This document shows positions 20,008-29,528 of a DNA stretch of 64,000 nucleotides, one piece after another. This DNA is from Cenarchaeum sp. Lineage in GTDB: Archaea > Thermoproteota > Nitrososphaeria > Nitrososphaerales > Nitrosopumilaceae. A program made the translations under genes and the position numbers. The stretch is from contig OY843768.1 of assembly GCA_963693095.2 (NCBI GenBank), positions 192,001-256,000 of the forward strand. The letters run 5' to 3'. The notes beneath the pieces are model-generated. The model saw only the letters and a program-made list of their open reading frames with translations, was not told where the DNA came from and searched no databases. Positions within the stretch are counted from its first letter, which is position 1. Every line of letters starts with the position of its first letter.

Positions 20008-20763
20008 TTGCTTCCGCTGCGTGATGAGAATCCACACCCTCCGGGATTCAAGCCAAAGGTGACAATATGCCTAATCATCGCCAACGTTGTGGTGTTCTTC
20101 TTCGAGGTGGCGATCACCGGACAGTTCTGGGAGTTTGGCAACAATGCGGCCGCGCGCATGTTCTACGAGTGGGGTGCCGTGCCGGCGTGCGTCACGGGCA
20201 CGGCTAGCATAGTCTCCTCGTGCCCCGAGATGCCATACTTTTCAATGCTGAGCTCGACGTTCATGCACGGCGGACTCATGCACCTTGGCGGCAACATGCT
20301 ATTTCTGTGGATATTTGGCGACAATATCGAGCTAAAGTTCGGTCGTGCGGCATTTTTGGCAATATACCTCGCATGGGGCATACTCGCCGGCCTTGCGCAT
20401 ATCGCAATAGACCCCGACAGCATGATTCCGGCCGTTGGCGCCTCTGGCGCAATATCAGGCGTGCTCGGCGCGTACCTTGTCCTTTTTCCGAGGGCAAAGA
20501 TAATGACATTCATGATGCTCGGCTTTTTTTGGCGCATGATGCACATTGAGGCAAAGTGGTTTCTGCCCTTTTGGCTCGTCTTTCAGAACCTCCTGCCGTT
20601 CTTTGTCAGCGGGTTTGGAATAGCGGGCGGCGGCGTGGCGTACATGGCACACATTGGCGGCTTTGTCGCCGGAGTCGCCGTCGCGTATGCGTACAAGAGA
20701 ACGCACCGCTCTGACTATATGTACGGGAGGCGGTACGGGTATGGGCATGGGCAAGAGGGCTAG
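20008..20763 (+). CDS. Rhomboid intramembrane serine protease
   Basis: HGGLMHLGGNML, GASGA, AHIGG. Confidence 0.92.
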   Translation: MLPLRDENPHPPGFKPKVTICLIIANVVVFFFEVAITGQFWEFGNNAAARMFYEWGAVPACVTGTASIVSSCPEMPYFSMLSSTFMHGGLMHLGGNMLFLWIFGDNIELKFGRAAFLAIYLAWGILAGLAHIAIDPDSMIPAVGASGAISGVLGAYLVLFPRAKIMTFMMLGFFWRMMHIEAKWFLPFWLVFQNLLPFFVSGFGIAGGGVAYMAHIGGFVAGVAVAYAYKRTHRSDYMYGRRYGYGHGQEG

Positions 20764-20818
20764 TGCGCCGGCCTCGCACATGCCCCGTGCGCATTTGCGC
20801 ATTCATGCGCGTTGGACA

Positions 20819-21257
20819 CTATTGCCCCTGGGCAGACATGAGGAGCCTACGGCTGCTGCGCCATATCTTTGGTCCCCACTCCCAAACCAAATAGCCAATG
20901 GACGAATACCCAAATGCGGCAAATGCAGTAACGAAAAACTCTCTCCATATGTTGTCCATGGGGAGAAGGAAAGGCCACGACAACCAGTATAGGATTTCAG
21001 AAATGTCCATGTCGTACATCTCGCGTCAGCTCTTGGCCGCGCGACCCAAAAATGATGGCGGCAATAACGGCTAGTCCGTTCACAGCGCCGATGATGCCTG
21101 TCTCGTATGTGCCTCGGCTGCGATTATGGGAGTCTTCAACGGACATGGAGTCATTGGGCTGTGCGGACGGCTTTACAAAGCCGGGCAACACCATTATTGG
21201 TTTCCCGCCGAGCAGTCTTTTCGGCGCGTTCGGCTGGAATGTTCCGGTTGTGGTCAT
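20819..21257 (-). pseudogene. Probable frameshifted small membrane protein (two overlapping ORFs)
   Basis: ORFs 20997-21257 and 20819-21019 both hydrophobic and overlapping out of frame; AT-richer DNA. Confidence 0.4.
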
Positions 21258-21569
21258 GAGGACACCCCGGGGAACGCAACACGTGGCATGAGCATATTGG
21301 CATGGATGACCGCACGAGCGCAGATCGCATTATTCATCAAGACGGCAAAGCGCACATTGCTATATCACTGTTGGCGCCGATCTCATGTGCTGCCTTGCAC
21401 GAAAAGTAGACTGGGCAGGAATGCCTGCAGGGCGCAGATCCGGAACCGCGCTGAACGACGAACACATGCGCCCACAAGACTCCCCTAGCGGGCAGTTGGC
21501 ACCTGCGCATGATCGGCTGCCTGCCCGCACCGACTCGGTTAAATTGGGCCACATGTGGCGCGCAGGACA

Positions 21570-21746
21570 ATGCCCCTCATAACAGTCTCAATGTACCCTG
21601 GGCGCAGCGCCGAGCAAAAGGAAAAGTTTGCCGCCGCCGTGACCGAGTCTGCCAAGAGCATCCTCGGCGCCGGCGAGTCGCACGTCATAGTGGTCTTTGA
21701 GGAGAACGAGCGCGAGAACTGGTACCAGGCCGGACGGCGCCTCTAG
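21570..21746 (+). CDS. 4-oxalocrotonate tautomerase family protein
   Basis: M-P-LITVSMYPGRS (catalytic Pro1); 58 aa. Confidence 0.9.
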   Translation: MPLITVSMYPGRSAEQKEKFAAAVTESAKSILGAGESHVIVVFEENERENWYQAGRRL

Positions 21747-22193
21747 GCAGTCATCCAAGATGTGCTTTCCGGACCACAAAATCCGCGGCAGGTCGGCGCG
21801 GGCGGAGCCCGCGCGGCGGAGTCGTGCCCCGTCACGTTTGCCGTCAGCGACCCCGGGGTCGACGTGGGGCGGTACGGCCTGCGCTGGGGAATCGGGTCGT
21901 GATCCGCGAGCTCGAGAGGGCACGCGTCCGGACGTCGTCCCGCAGGGTCGCAGCGCGCGCGATGTGCATGGGGCTCTCGCTGCTGGTCCTCAACGCGCGG
22001 GCCGAGGCCGGCGCGATGCTGGCCGCCGAGTCGTCGCAGGGGGTCGCCTCCGGGCTGCACATGCCGCACGCGGACTTTGCCCACGAGCTCACCAGCTGGC
22101 CTACGGGAGCCGACTGCGCCCGGAACCCCCGAGCAGATCCTGCCCCGGTACATCCAAGACGATTGTCACTGTGTGCGGCTATTGATTTGTTTA

Positions 22194-22925
22194 TCAGTTG
22201 TACGGCTGATTCTTTGATGATCCGTCCTTGGTTGTGTCGCCTTTGAGAATGCTGAGCACTTCGTGTAGTATCTTAACTGTGGCATCTTGTTTTTCTACCA
22301 GCAGTCGCATCAACCTGTTTGTGTCCTGTGTGAGGTAAAACATATTGGACTCGTGCCATAACTTGGCATGGACGTCTATGGTATTTAACACAATATCTAT
22401 GTTGGCCTCTGAGATTCCAGATTGCGAAAACATTGTGCGAATATTCGTTTCTGACCTTCCGCATGCACGATCATTAGAAAGTCTCATGTGTGCGCTGATA
22501 ATGTAGTTGATCTGCACACTTTTCAGTTTGTAGTGTTCGACCAACTCTTGTTTGTCCTTGCCGTCGATTATGTGGTCAGACACAATTTCCGGGTATTTGG
22601 CTCCAAAATCATTACCCAGTATTTGAACAACATTCTTTATCTGATAGCTTACTGTAGGCGCCTGCTCGATCATTTTATCGACAAGAAGTGTAGCATGCGT
22701 CCTGTCCATCCCGAGCTCGACTAGTCCGTCCATTATGTCCTGCTTGTCATACAATGACATATTGATGATTATGGATTGCAAAAGGGCATCCAACTTTTCT
22801 TGGTGAGGCTGCGTTAGGTTCACAGGATTGGTCAGTACGGTCACTTGTCCCTCACTGGAAAGCTTGGCGAAATATGCTATGGATTCTCGTATTTTTTCCT
22901 CTAGTGTGCTGTCAAATATGCTCAT
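22194..22925 (-). CDS. Hypothetical cargo protein (AT-rich)
   Basis: 243-aa ORF; ATGA overlap with the upstream ORF. Confidence 0.75.
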   Translation of the reverse strand: MSIFDSTLEEKIRESIAYFAKLSSEGQVTVLTNPVNLTQPHQEKLDALLQSIIINMSLYDKQDIMDGLVELGMDRTHATLLVDKMIEQAPTVSYQIKNVVQILGNDFGAKYPEIVSDHIIDGKDKQELVEHYKLKSVQINYIISAHMRLSNDRACGRSETNIRTMFSQSGISEANIDIVLNTIDVHAKLWHESNMFYLTQDTNRLMRLLVEKQDATVKILHEVLSILKGDTTKDGSSKNQPYN

Positions 22926-23179
22926 TCCTGCATCATCTCCTCCAGTTTGGCGAGCAATTTGTTAATTCTGGCAATTCGCAGGCGACGTCTAGTGTCCTCT
23001 GGCACCTGTTTGCGGCCTCTAACGCGTTGCCATTGCGCTGCATATGGCACGATGGTGCGGGTGTCATATTGTAGTGTCCATTGGTCTCCAAAGCGCCTCG
23101 TGCCCCAGAAATCTTGCTTGCTGCGCTCAAAAAACGTGCGATCCCACTCTGTAGCCTTGCGCCTGTCGTCCCAATCCAT
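22922..23179 (-). CDS. Small hypothetical cargo protein
   Basis: MDWDDRRKATEW...MMQE, 85 aa; TATTAA box upstream; coupled to 22194-22925. Confidence 0.6.
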   Translation of the reverse strand: MDWDDRRKATEWDRTFFERSKQDFWGTRRFGDQWTLQYDTRTIVPYAAQWQRVRGRKQVPEDTRRRLRIARINKLLAKLEEMMQE

Positions 23180-23575
23180 GGCGCCTTTGTGCCGGGGTGT
23201 GACATTAATACTTTGTCCGATATGTGGGCTTTTGCCGTGCGTAAATGGCAGGCTGGACGGGAACTGCCTGGTGGTGACACTGGTGTGCCCAGGCGGGCTC
23301 GCGATGGTAGGCAGGATGTTGCAGCGCGCGTTTGGGGAACCAGTGCCGGTGAGCCCTGTCGGCCGAGGCCGGCGCGATGCTGGCCGACGAGTCGTCATGG
23401 AAGGCCGCCTCCGGGCCGCATATGCCGCACGCGGACTTTGCCCACGAGATCAACCTGCTGGCCCATGGGGCCGGCCGCGCCCGGAGCCACGCCCGAGCCG
23501 ATCCTGCCCCAGCGCATCTGGGATGACTCTCTAGGGCACGATGCCTTATTTGGGGCGCGCCAGAGGCCGCAGGCC

Positions 23576-24370
23576 ATGACGCGCGTGGGAGTCGTGCAGA
23601 TGCGCGCCTCAACTGACAAGGTGGCCAACCTGGAGGGCATACTAGATGCGATCTCGCGTGCCGCCTCGATGCGCTGCGCGCTAGTGGCGTTTCCCGAGTA
23701 CATGATGTTCTATGTGGGCGCGCGCACGCCGCGCGAGGTTGCCAATGACGCCGAGGGGCTTGACGGCAACTTTGTCACGTCGATATCGCGCGTGGCGCGC
23801 GAGCGCAAAATCCATGTCATTGGGACGATATACGAAAAGAGCCGACTCGCCAACCGCGTGCATGACACGGCGTTTCATGTAAATTCGACCGGACGCCTTG
23901 CCGCAGCATACCAAAAGGCGCACCTCTATGACGCGCTGGGGACCAAAGAGTCGCGCATACTCTTGCGCGGCGACCGCTTTGCGCGACCACAGCCAACGCC
24001 GGCGGGCAGGACCGGGATGCTGATCTGCTATGACCTGCGCTTCCCCGAGGCCTCGCGCCGGCTCGCCCTGGACGGCTCGGACATGATAGTCGCGCCATCA
24101 GCCTGGGTTCGCGGGCCTGGAAAGGAGTCGCAATGGGTTGCGCTAAACCGCGCGCGCGCAATAGAGAACGGCTGCTATGTCATTGCGCCGGCGCACGTCG
24201 GAAACGCCTACTGCGGGAGGAGCCTTGCCGTTGACCCCTCCGGCAAGGTCCTCCTTGACATGAAAAAGCGACGCGGGATATCCACAGTCGACGTCTCGGC
24301 TGCAGTGGTGCGCCGCGTGCGCCGGGCAATGCCGCTACTTGCGAGCCGGCGAACCGACATGTACCGCTAG
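23576..24370 (+). CDS. Carbon-nitrogen hydrolase (nitrilase/Nit family)
   Basis: FPEY, YQKAHLYD, ICYDLRFPE triad, RAIENG. Confidence 0.92.
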   Translation: MTRVGVVQMRASTDKVANLEGILDAISRAASMRCALVAFPEYMMFYVGARTPREVANDAEGLDGNFVTSISRVARERKIHVIGTIYEKSRLANRVHDTAFHVNSTGRLAAAYQKAHLYDALGTKESRILLRGDRFARPQPTPAGRTGMLICYDLRFPEASRRLALDGSDMIVAPSAWVRGPGKESQWVALNRARAIENGCYVIAPAHVGNAYCGRSLAVDPSGKVLLDMKKRRGISTVDVSAAVVRRVRRAMPLLASRRTDMYR

Positions 24371-24843
24371 GGACTTGCGCGCGCGGGGCACTCGTGGTTT
24401 GTGCACATTCTGGTCCACTTTGCGGTTCGCGTATAGCGGTATATCGCCATGGGCCATGCGCACTCGGGGCACGCCTGCTTTAGGGCGCGCAGGCGCGCCC
24501 TCTGCGGCAGCGGCGAGGACGCGTCGCACCCGTTGAGATAGTTTGAGCACCCGATGAACCTCTTGCGCGTCCTGCGCGAGCGAACCAGCATGAGCATGCC
24601 CGTCCGGCACGAGGGGCACCTGACTAGCCCGCTGCGCGGCGAACGGGTTCCCAGGATCGTATAGACGCGCGCGCGGGCCGACCATGCGAGGTAGCCGCCG
24701 GTGTCAAGATACTCGTCGAGCTCAACCCTGAGCAGGCGCACGTCGCGCGCGCTGCTAGAGGCCGTGTGGCTTCCGGCGGGGCGCATTGCCACCACGCGCG
24801 CCGGTCCGGATGCCCGTCTTGCCATTGCCGCCCTCTCGGTCAC
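24367..24843 (-). CDS. Topoisomerase-type C4 zinc-finger protein
   Basis: CPSC..RFIGCSNY..C and CPEC..CTNHEC motifs. Confidence 0.8.
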   Translation of the reverse strand: MTERAAMARRASGPARVVAMRPAGSHTASSSARDVRLLRVELDEYLDTGGYLAWSARARVYTILGTRSPRSGLVRCPSCRTGMLMLVRSRRTRKRFIGCSNYLNGCDASSPLPQRARLRALKQACPECAWPMAIYRYTRTAKWTRMCTNHECPARASP

Positions 24844-24877
24844 GCGTTTTTATAGGGGCCCCAAGTCATCTTTCTTT

Positions 24878-26032
24878 GTGGAAAAGGTGTGTGTGCTGGG
24901 AGCCGGCAGCACGCGATATGGCAAGCTCGACGAAAGCCTCGTGGAGATGATAGTTGACTCGTCAGCCGGCGCCATGGGCGATGCGGGAATCGAGCCGCGC
25001 GAGATTGGCGCTGCCTACATATCCAACGTCTTTGGCATAGCCGACAAGCAGGTTCACCTCGGGCCAGTTATCATGAGCCGCCTTGGAATACCCGAGCGCC
25101 CGTCGCTGTCCATAGAGTCAGCATGCGGGAGCGGCTCGGTCTCGTTTCGCGAGGCATACGCCAATGTGGCAGCCGGTTTCTATGACGCGGTTCTCGTGAC
25201 TGGCGCAGAAAAGGTCACGCACACGGGCACGGCGTGGACCACGACCTACTTTGCCTACTGTTCGGACTTTTTCTACGAGGGCAGCGCCGGCGCGTCGTTT
25301 CCTGGACTCTTTGCGTCTATGGCCCGCGCGTACATGTCCGAATATGGGGCGACTGAGGAGGACTTTGCGCGCGTCGCAGTAAAGAACCACGACAATGGGA
25401 TACTCAACCCAAAGGCCCACCTGCGCAAAAAGATAAGCGTCGATGACGTTCTGGGCTCCGCAGTGGTCGCAAGCCCGCTAAAGCTGTATGACTGCTGCCC
25501 GTTCTCTGACGGCGCAAGCTCTGTCATACTCTGCAGCGAAAAGTTTGCAAGGGACCATGGCGGCAAGTACGTCGAGGTCGCCGGCTCTGGCCGCGGGGGC
25601 TCGCCGGCTGCGCTGCAGGACAGGGGGCACATGACTACGATCGACAGCACGCGCATAGCGTCTGAGGCGGCCTACAAGATGGCCGGCGTGAGGCCCTCTG
25701 ACATTGACTTTGCCGAGGTCCATGACTGCTTTACTATAGCCGAGGTCGTCAACAGCGAGGATCTCGGATTCTTTGAAAAGGGCAAGGGCGTAGAGGCCGC
25801 ACGCGACGGCAAGACGGCACGCGACGGCGAGATACCGCTAAACCCGTCTGGCGGCCTAAAGTCAAAGGGGCACCCCATTGGCGCCACTGGCGTGGGCCAG
25901 GTCGTCGAGGCATACGAGCAGCTAACCGGCGCTGCCGGCGAGCGCACGGTTTCTGGCGCCGAGGTTGGCCTGACACACAACTTTGGCGCAACGGGCGCAA
26001 GCTGCGCAGTCCACATATTCCGGAGCGTATGA
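24878..26032 (+). CDS. Thiolase (acetyl-CoA acetyltransferase, archaeal type)
   Basis: ESACGSG, EVHDCFT, NPSGGLKSKGHPIGATG. Confidence 0.92.
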   Translation: MEKVCVLGAGSTRYGKLDESLVEMIVDSSAGAMGDAGIEPREIGAAYISNVFGIADKQVHLGPVIMSRLGIPERPSLSIESACGSGSVSFREAYANVAAGFYDAVLVTGAEKVTHTGTAWTTTYFAYCSDFFYEGSAGASFPGLFASMARAYMSEYGATEEDFARVAVKNHDNGILNPKAHLRKKISVDDVLGSAVVASPLKLYDCCPFSDGASSVILCSEKFARDHGGKYVEVAGSGRGGSPAALQDRGHMTTIDSTRIASEAAYKMAGVRPSDIDFAEVHDCFTIAEVVNSEDLGFFEKGKGVEAARDGKTARDGEIPLNPSGGLKSKGHPIGATGVGQVVEAYEQLTGAAGERTVSGAEVGLTHNFGATGASCAVHIFRSV

Positions 26033-26400
26033 TCATGTCGACTAGGGGCGAGTTTTCAAGCAGCGCAAAATCCGGCAAGATTCTTGCCTCAAAGTGCCCA
26101 AAGTGCGGCACACTCCACCTTGCCATGTCGCTGTTCTGCTCAAAGTGCGGCGCGCGCGGGCTGGTGCCCGAGGAGGTTGCAGGGCGCGGAACTGTCGTGA
26201 CATACACCATAATCACCGTCGCCCCTGACGGATTTGAGGGCCACACGCCATACGCGTGGGTCGTCATGGCCATCGACGGCACGCCACTGCGCGTCTCGGG
26301 GTTTATGGCCGCCATCGCCACGCCGGCAGACCTTCCGGTGGGGACACGCGTGAAGATCGCCGGCCATGACGAGCGCGGCATACTCATAGAGCGCAGCTAG
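26029..26400 (+). CDS. DUF35 Zn-ribbon/OB-fold thiolase partner
   Basis: CPKCG..CSKCG, GTVVTYT, PY; overlaps the thiolase stop. Confidence 0.9.
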   Translation: MIMSTRGEFSSSAKSGKILASKCPKCGTLHLAMSLFCSKCGARGLVPEEVAGRGTVVTYTIITVAPDGFEGHTPYAWVVMAIDGTPLRVSGFMAAIATPADLPVGTRVKIAGHDERGILIERS

Positions 26401-26471
26401 AAACAATTTACGCGCATGCGCAACAAATTGCGATCCCACTGTTAATTACTCGCCACGTGCCACGCCTGCCC

Positions 26472-26639
26472 ATGTCAGTGGACATTGTCTGCGGCAAGTG
26501 CGGCAACCTCGTGCACAGGATGAGCATGCTAAAGCCCATCAAGGAGTCTGTGGCCGGAAAGAAAGAAACGTGCACCAAGTGCGGCAGCGTGCTCTCCACT
26601 AGCGAGTTCTCCGTTGACGCCCGCGAAATTGGCGAGTGA
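26472..26639 (+). CDS. Small Zn-ribbon protein
   Basis: CGKCG...CTKCG; TTAATTA box upstream. Confidence 0.7.
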   Translation: MSVDIVCGKCGNLVHRMSMLKPIKESVAGKKETCTKCGSVLSTSEFSVDAREIGE

Positions 26640-26941
26640 GCGCACGCTCGCTCCTCGGCCCGCCCATTCCGCGCGCTCGCAATCCTGCCACCGATGGGCC
26701 TTGATCGGCCCTGTCGCGGGAACCGGCTAGCCTGCCCCCGCCATGGACATTGTGGTGCCCAGGGGCTCCATGGTGCCGGCGTGTGCGGCAGGGGGTCATG
26801 GCGCGGCCATGGCGCCGAGCGTCGCCTGCCGTGCGCGAGCCGGGTCATGCCGTGCGCGCATGCGTTGCGGGAGGGCGGCGGCCCCATATGCCTGCCCCGC
26901 ATGGGCGCCATCGGCAAGACCTGCAGTCCGGTGCGGCGGCG

Positions 26942-27023
26942 CTGCGATCTAGATCGCACGCGACTCGATGATCCTGCGATCTAGATCGCACGCGACTCGA
27001 TGATCCTGCGATCTAGATCGCAG
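26942..27023. repeat. Tandem repeat, 32-bp unit x2.6, containing three copies of the 16-bp perfect palindrome TGCGATCTAGATCGCA
   Basis: Units ctgcgatctagatcgcacgcgactcgatgatc start at 26942, 26974 and 27006. Confidence 0.95.
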
Positions 27024-27239
27024 AATGTCGCCTCGCGCCGGATCCATGGCCGCACTGTGCGGCCCTCACGCCATAAACATTCCACGTTAGTGCTAAATAT
27101 GGCGCAAACCCTGAAAAATGTGGCGTGGAGCGCCCAAATTGTGCCAACGCTGATCGCCCAATGCCAAAAACTGCGATCACAAAAGCGCTCCGGGCACACT
27201 GCAAAAGTTTTATCTACAAGCCCTGTGCGCACGGTGCGC

Positions 27240-29324
27240 ATGGCCATGGAAGAGCAGAGCGAGCCGCAACGTCACGGCCTAGAGCGCTCGACATCACGGC
27301 GCGTTCGCATGATCTTCTCGGTCATGGCTAGCCCAAACCGCATAGACATCCTGCGAATACTCAACTCAAAGGGGCCACTCACCTACTCGGAGCTAAAGTC
27401 ACTGGCTGGATTCAAGTCAAAAAAGGAGAGCGGCAAGTTCGCCTACCACCTGCGCAAGCTCCTCAAGCAGGCCCTCGTGACGCTAAACAAGTCCGAAAAG
27501 CGCTACACCATAACCAACCTTGGCAAGCTCGTCCTGAGCCTTGCCCGCCAGATCGAGGAGCGCTCGATCATAGAGAGCGGCAAGATGTACGTGCGCACGT
27601 CGCACGAGTCCATAGAGGAGTTCAAGCCATACAGGATAACGCAGTCGCTGACCCGCGAGGGCGGCCTCCCGCCGGAGCTGGCACAAAAGATCACCGAGGA
27701 GGTCGAGAACCGCATCTACAAGTACCAGACGACATACCTGACTGGCTCGCTCATACGCGAGATGGTCAACTCTGTCCTCCTCGAGCACGGCAACGAAGAG
27801 TACCGCAACAAGCTCGCGCGACTTGGCCTGCCCGTCTATGACATAAACGAGATGCTCTCCAACGTGGTCAACGAGGACAATGGGGTCGAGGGACTGCTGT
27901 TCCGCACTGGCCAGGAGGTCTTCGCCGAGCACCTCCTCACGAACATGCTCTCAAAGGACGTTGCCGACTCGCACCTGTCTGGCGACCTGCACATAACAAA
28001 CCCCGGCGTCTGGTCAATGCTGCCTGACACGATATTTGTCAACATAAAGGACCTCCTCGAGGGGGGCATCGACCTTGGCGGCAAGCTTCCCGATGCGGCA
28101 CGCCCCGGCGCTCCAAAGTCCGCCGAGGACCTCGGAGCGCTCCTCTCAGTCGCGATATCGCTCCTCTCGCGCGAGGCCTCGCAAGAGCTTGTGATCGACG
28201 GCCTTGTGCCCATGATGACGAGGCACTCAAAGGAGGGTGTCGACCTTGAGAGGAGAATAGCTGACGCGCTAGTAACGTCATCTGTTGCGCCAAAGTACAA
28301 CTCGCATCCGACACTCGTGACGATTCGCGTTCCGCTGGGGCATGACACAAAGACCGTCTCGACGATCCTTGCCGCATACCTACACTATGCGCGCCTCACG
28401 CCGACGCCGCGCGTTGGGATACTGATCGACAACTCGCGTGGCAAGGTCTCTGACGTCTCAGATGCGGTCTCTGAGATTGTTGCGCTAGGCGGCCACGTTG
28501 CCTTTTCAAAGGGCCTGTCCTCGTGGGGCGGCATTGCAGTCGCGCCGCACGAGACCAACGGGTCGCTCTCCGTTCACCTCGCTTCTGTCTCGCTAAACCT
28601 CCCGCGCCTAGCCCTCGAGTCAAACAAGGACGAGGTGTACTTTCGTGCTAGGCTTGCGCTGCTGATGACGCCGGTTCTCGAGTCCATGGCCCACCGCAAA
28701 AAGGCCATCTCTGACCTGACTAGGCGCGGCCTCAACCCGATTCTGGCAAGAAACACGCAATATATGCAAAAAATCTCCTTTTCGCTCGACGTGAACATCA
28801 TAGGCCTGCGCGAGGCAGTCGCTGACATACTCCAGTGCGGCAACAGGACCGAGGCCGTCATGCAAAAGGTTCTCGAGACGACCCTTGATATCGCCTCCAA
28901 AAAGGGCAAGGAGACCGGAGACGACGTTCGCGTGAGCATGGTCGACAGCGACGCGAAGGGCCGCTTTGCGTCACTCGACGGCACAAAGTACGGCAAGAAC
29001 TCGCTGCTGAACATGCTCAACGCCGAGTCATACTCTGCAGGCGTCTCAGTCGAGGCGGCTGACCTGCCGGCCCTAAAGCCCAAGAGCGCCCCTGTCCTCG
29101 AGGCCGCCCGCATGTCCGCCGCGCTGGGGGGCAGCCTTCTCGTCTCGGTCAACCTGCCGGAGGGCTCTGAGCCATCTGCGATCAAGTCCGCCGTCGAGTC
29201 CGCCGCCGGCCTCTATGGCTCGTTCCGCCCGTCGATGAGGGTGCGCACGTGCGGCGAGTGCGGCCACAAGGGCGTCGCGGCGGGATCAAAGTGCCCCAAG
29301 TGCAAGTCTCCCTGCGTCGTCTAG
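27240..29324 (+). CDS. ArsR-type HTH + ATP-cone + degenerate class III RNR (NrdD-like) fusion protein
   Basis: N-terminal wHTH (RIDILRIL..TYSELK..FAYHLRKL); ATP-cone (YVRTS..EEF..RI..SL..E); HLSGDLHI; SLNLPRLA; C-terminal CxxC..CPKC with no glycyl-radical loop. Confidence 0.85.
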   Translation: MAMEEQSEPQRHGLERSTSRRVRMIFSVMASPNRIDILRILNSKGPLTYSELKSLAGFKSKKESGKFAYHLRKLLKQALVTLNKSEKRYTITNLGKLVLSLARQIEERSIIESGKMYVRTSHESIEEFKPYRITQSLTREGGLPPELAQKITEEVENRIYKYQTTYLTGSLIREMVNSVLLEHGNEEYRNKLARLGLPVYDINEMLSNVVNEDNGVEGLLFRTGQEVFAEHLLTNMLSKDVADSHLSGDLHITNPGVWSMLPDTIFVNIKDLLEGGIDLGGKLPDAARPGAPKSAEDLGALLSVAISLLSREASQELVIDGLVPMMTRHSKEGVDLERRIADALVTSSVAPKYNSHPTLVTIRVPLGHDTKTVSTILAAYLHYARLTPTPRVGILIDNSRGKVSDVSDAVSEIVALGGHVAFSKGLSSWGGIAVAPHETNGSLSVHLASVSLNLPRLALESNKDEVYFRARLALLMTPVLESMAHRKKAISDLTRRGLNPILARNTQYMQKISFSLDVNIIGLREAVADILQCGNRTEAVMQKVLETTLDIASKKGKETGDDVRVSMVDSDAKGRFASLDGTKYGKNSLLNMLNAESYSAGVSVEAADLPALKPKSAPVLEAARMSAALGGSLLVSVNLPEGSEPSAIKSAVESAAGLYGSFRPSMRVRTCGECGHKGVAAGSKCPKCKSPCVV

Positions 29325-29528
29325 GGCTCATTGCCGAAACTGCGGGCGAACTGGTGCGCCTGGCGCACATAAAATTGCGCTATTCGGCGCCATTTTGCTC
29401 CTTATCGCACGAATTCGCCACTTTTATCCGAATACCGCAGGTCAATTTTCTCTCTAGTCCCGGTTGATCCCTGATCACAAGTTAATCTTATAACCACAGG
29501 GGTTTGACCCCCTGCCGGTCAGCTCATT

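Larger units (their letters stand above)
21748..23530 (+). mobile_element. ISH3/IS4-like defective composite element carrying two cargo genes
   Basis: Left CAGTCATCCAAGATG, right CATCTGGGATGACTC, both flanked by CTAG(G). Frameshifted transposase stub FAVSDP..RYGLRWGI / RELERARVRTSSR..LVLNA. 21999-22165 is repeated at 23360-23530. Confidence 0.72.

Noticed and set aside
26640-26940. Structured ncRNA (RNase P, SRP or riboswitch) in GC-rich, CATG-rich intergenic DNA
   Set aside because: No diagnostic motifs recognised; an Infernal/Rfam search would be needed.
26942-27023. Mini-CRISPR array
   Set aside because: The two 16-bp 'spacers' are identical and too short, and no cas genes are present; it is a tandem repeat.
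27240-29324. Functional anaerobic ribonucleotide reductase nrdD
   Set aside because: No glycyl-radical loop, no recognisable catalytic Cys motif, and no nrdG.
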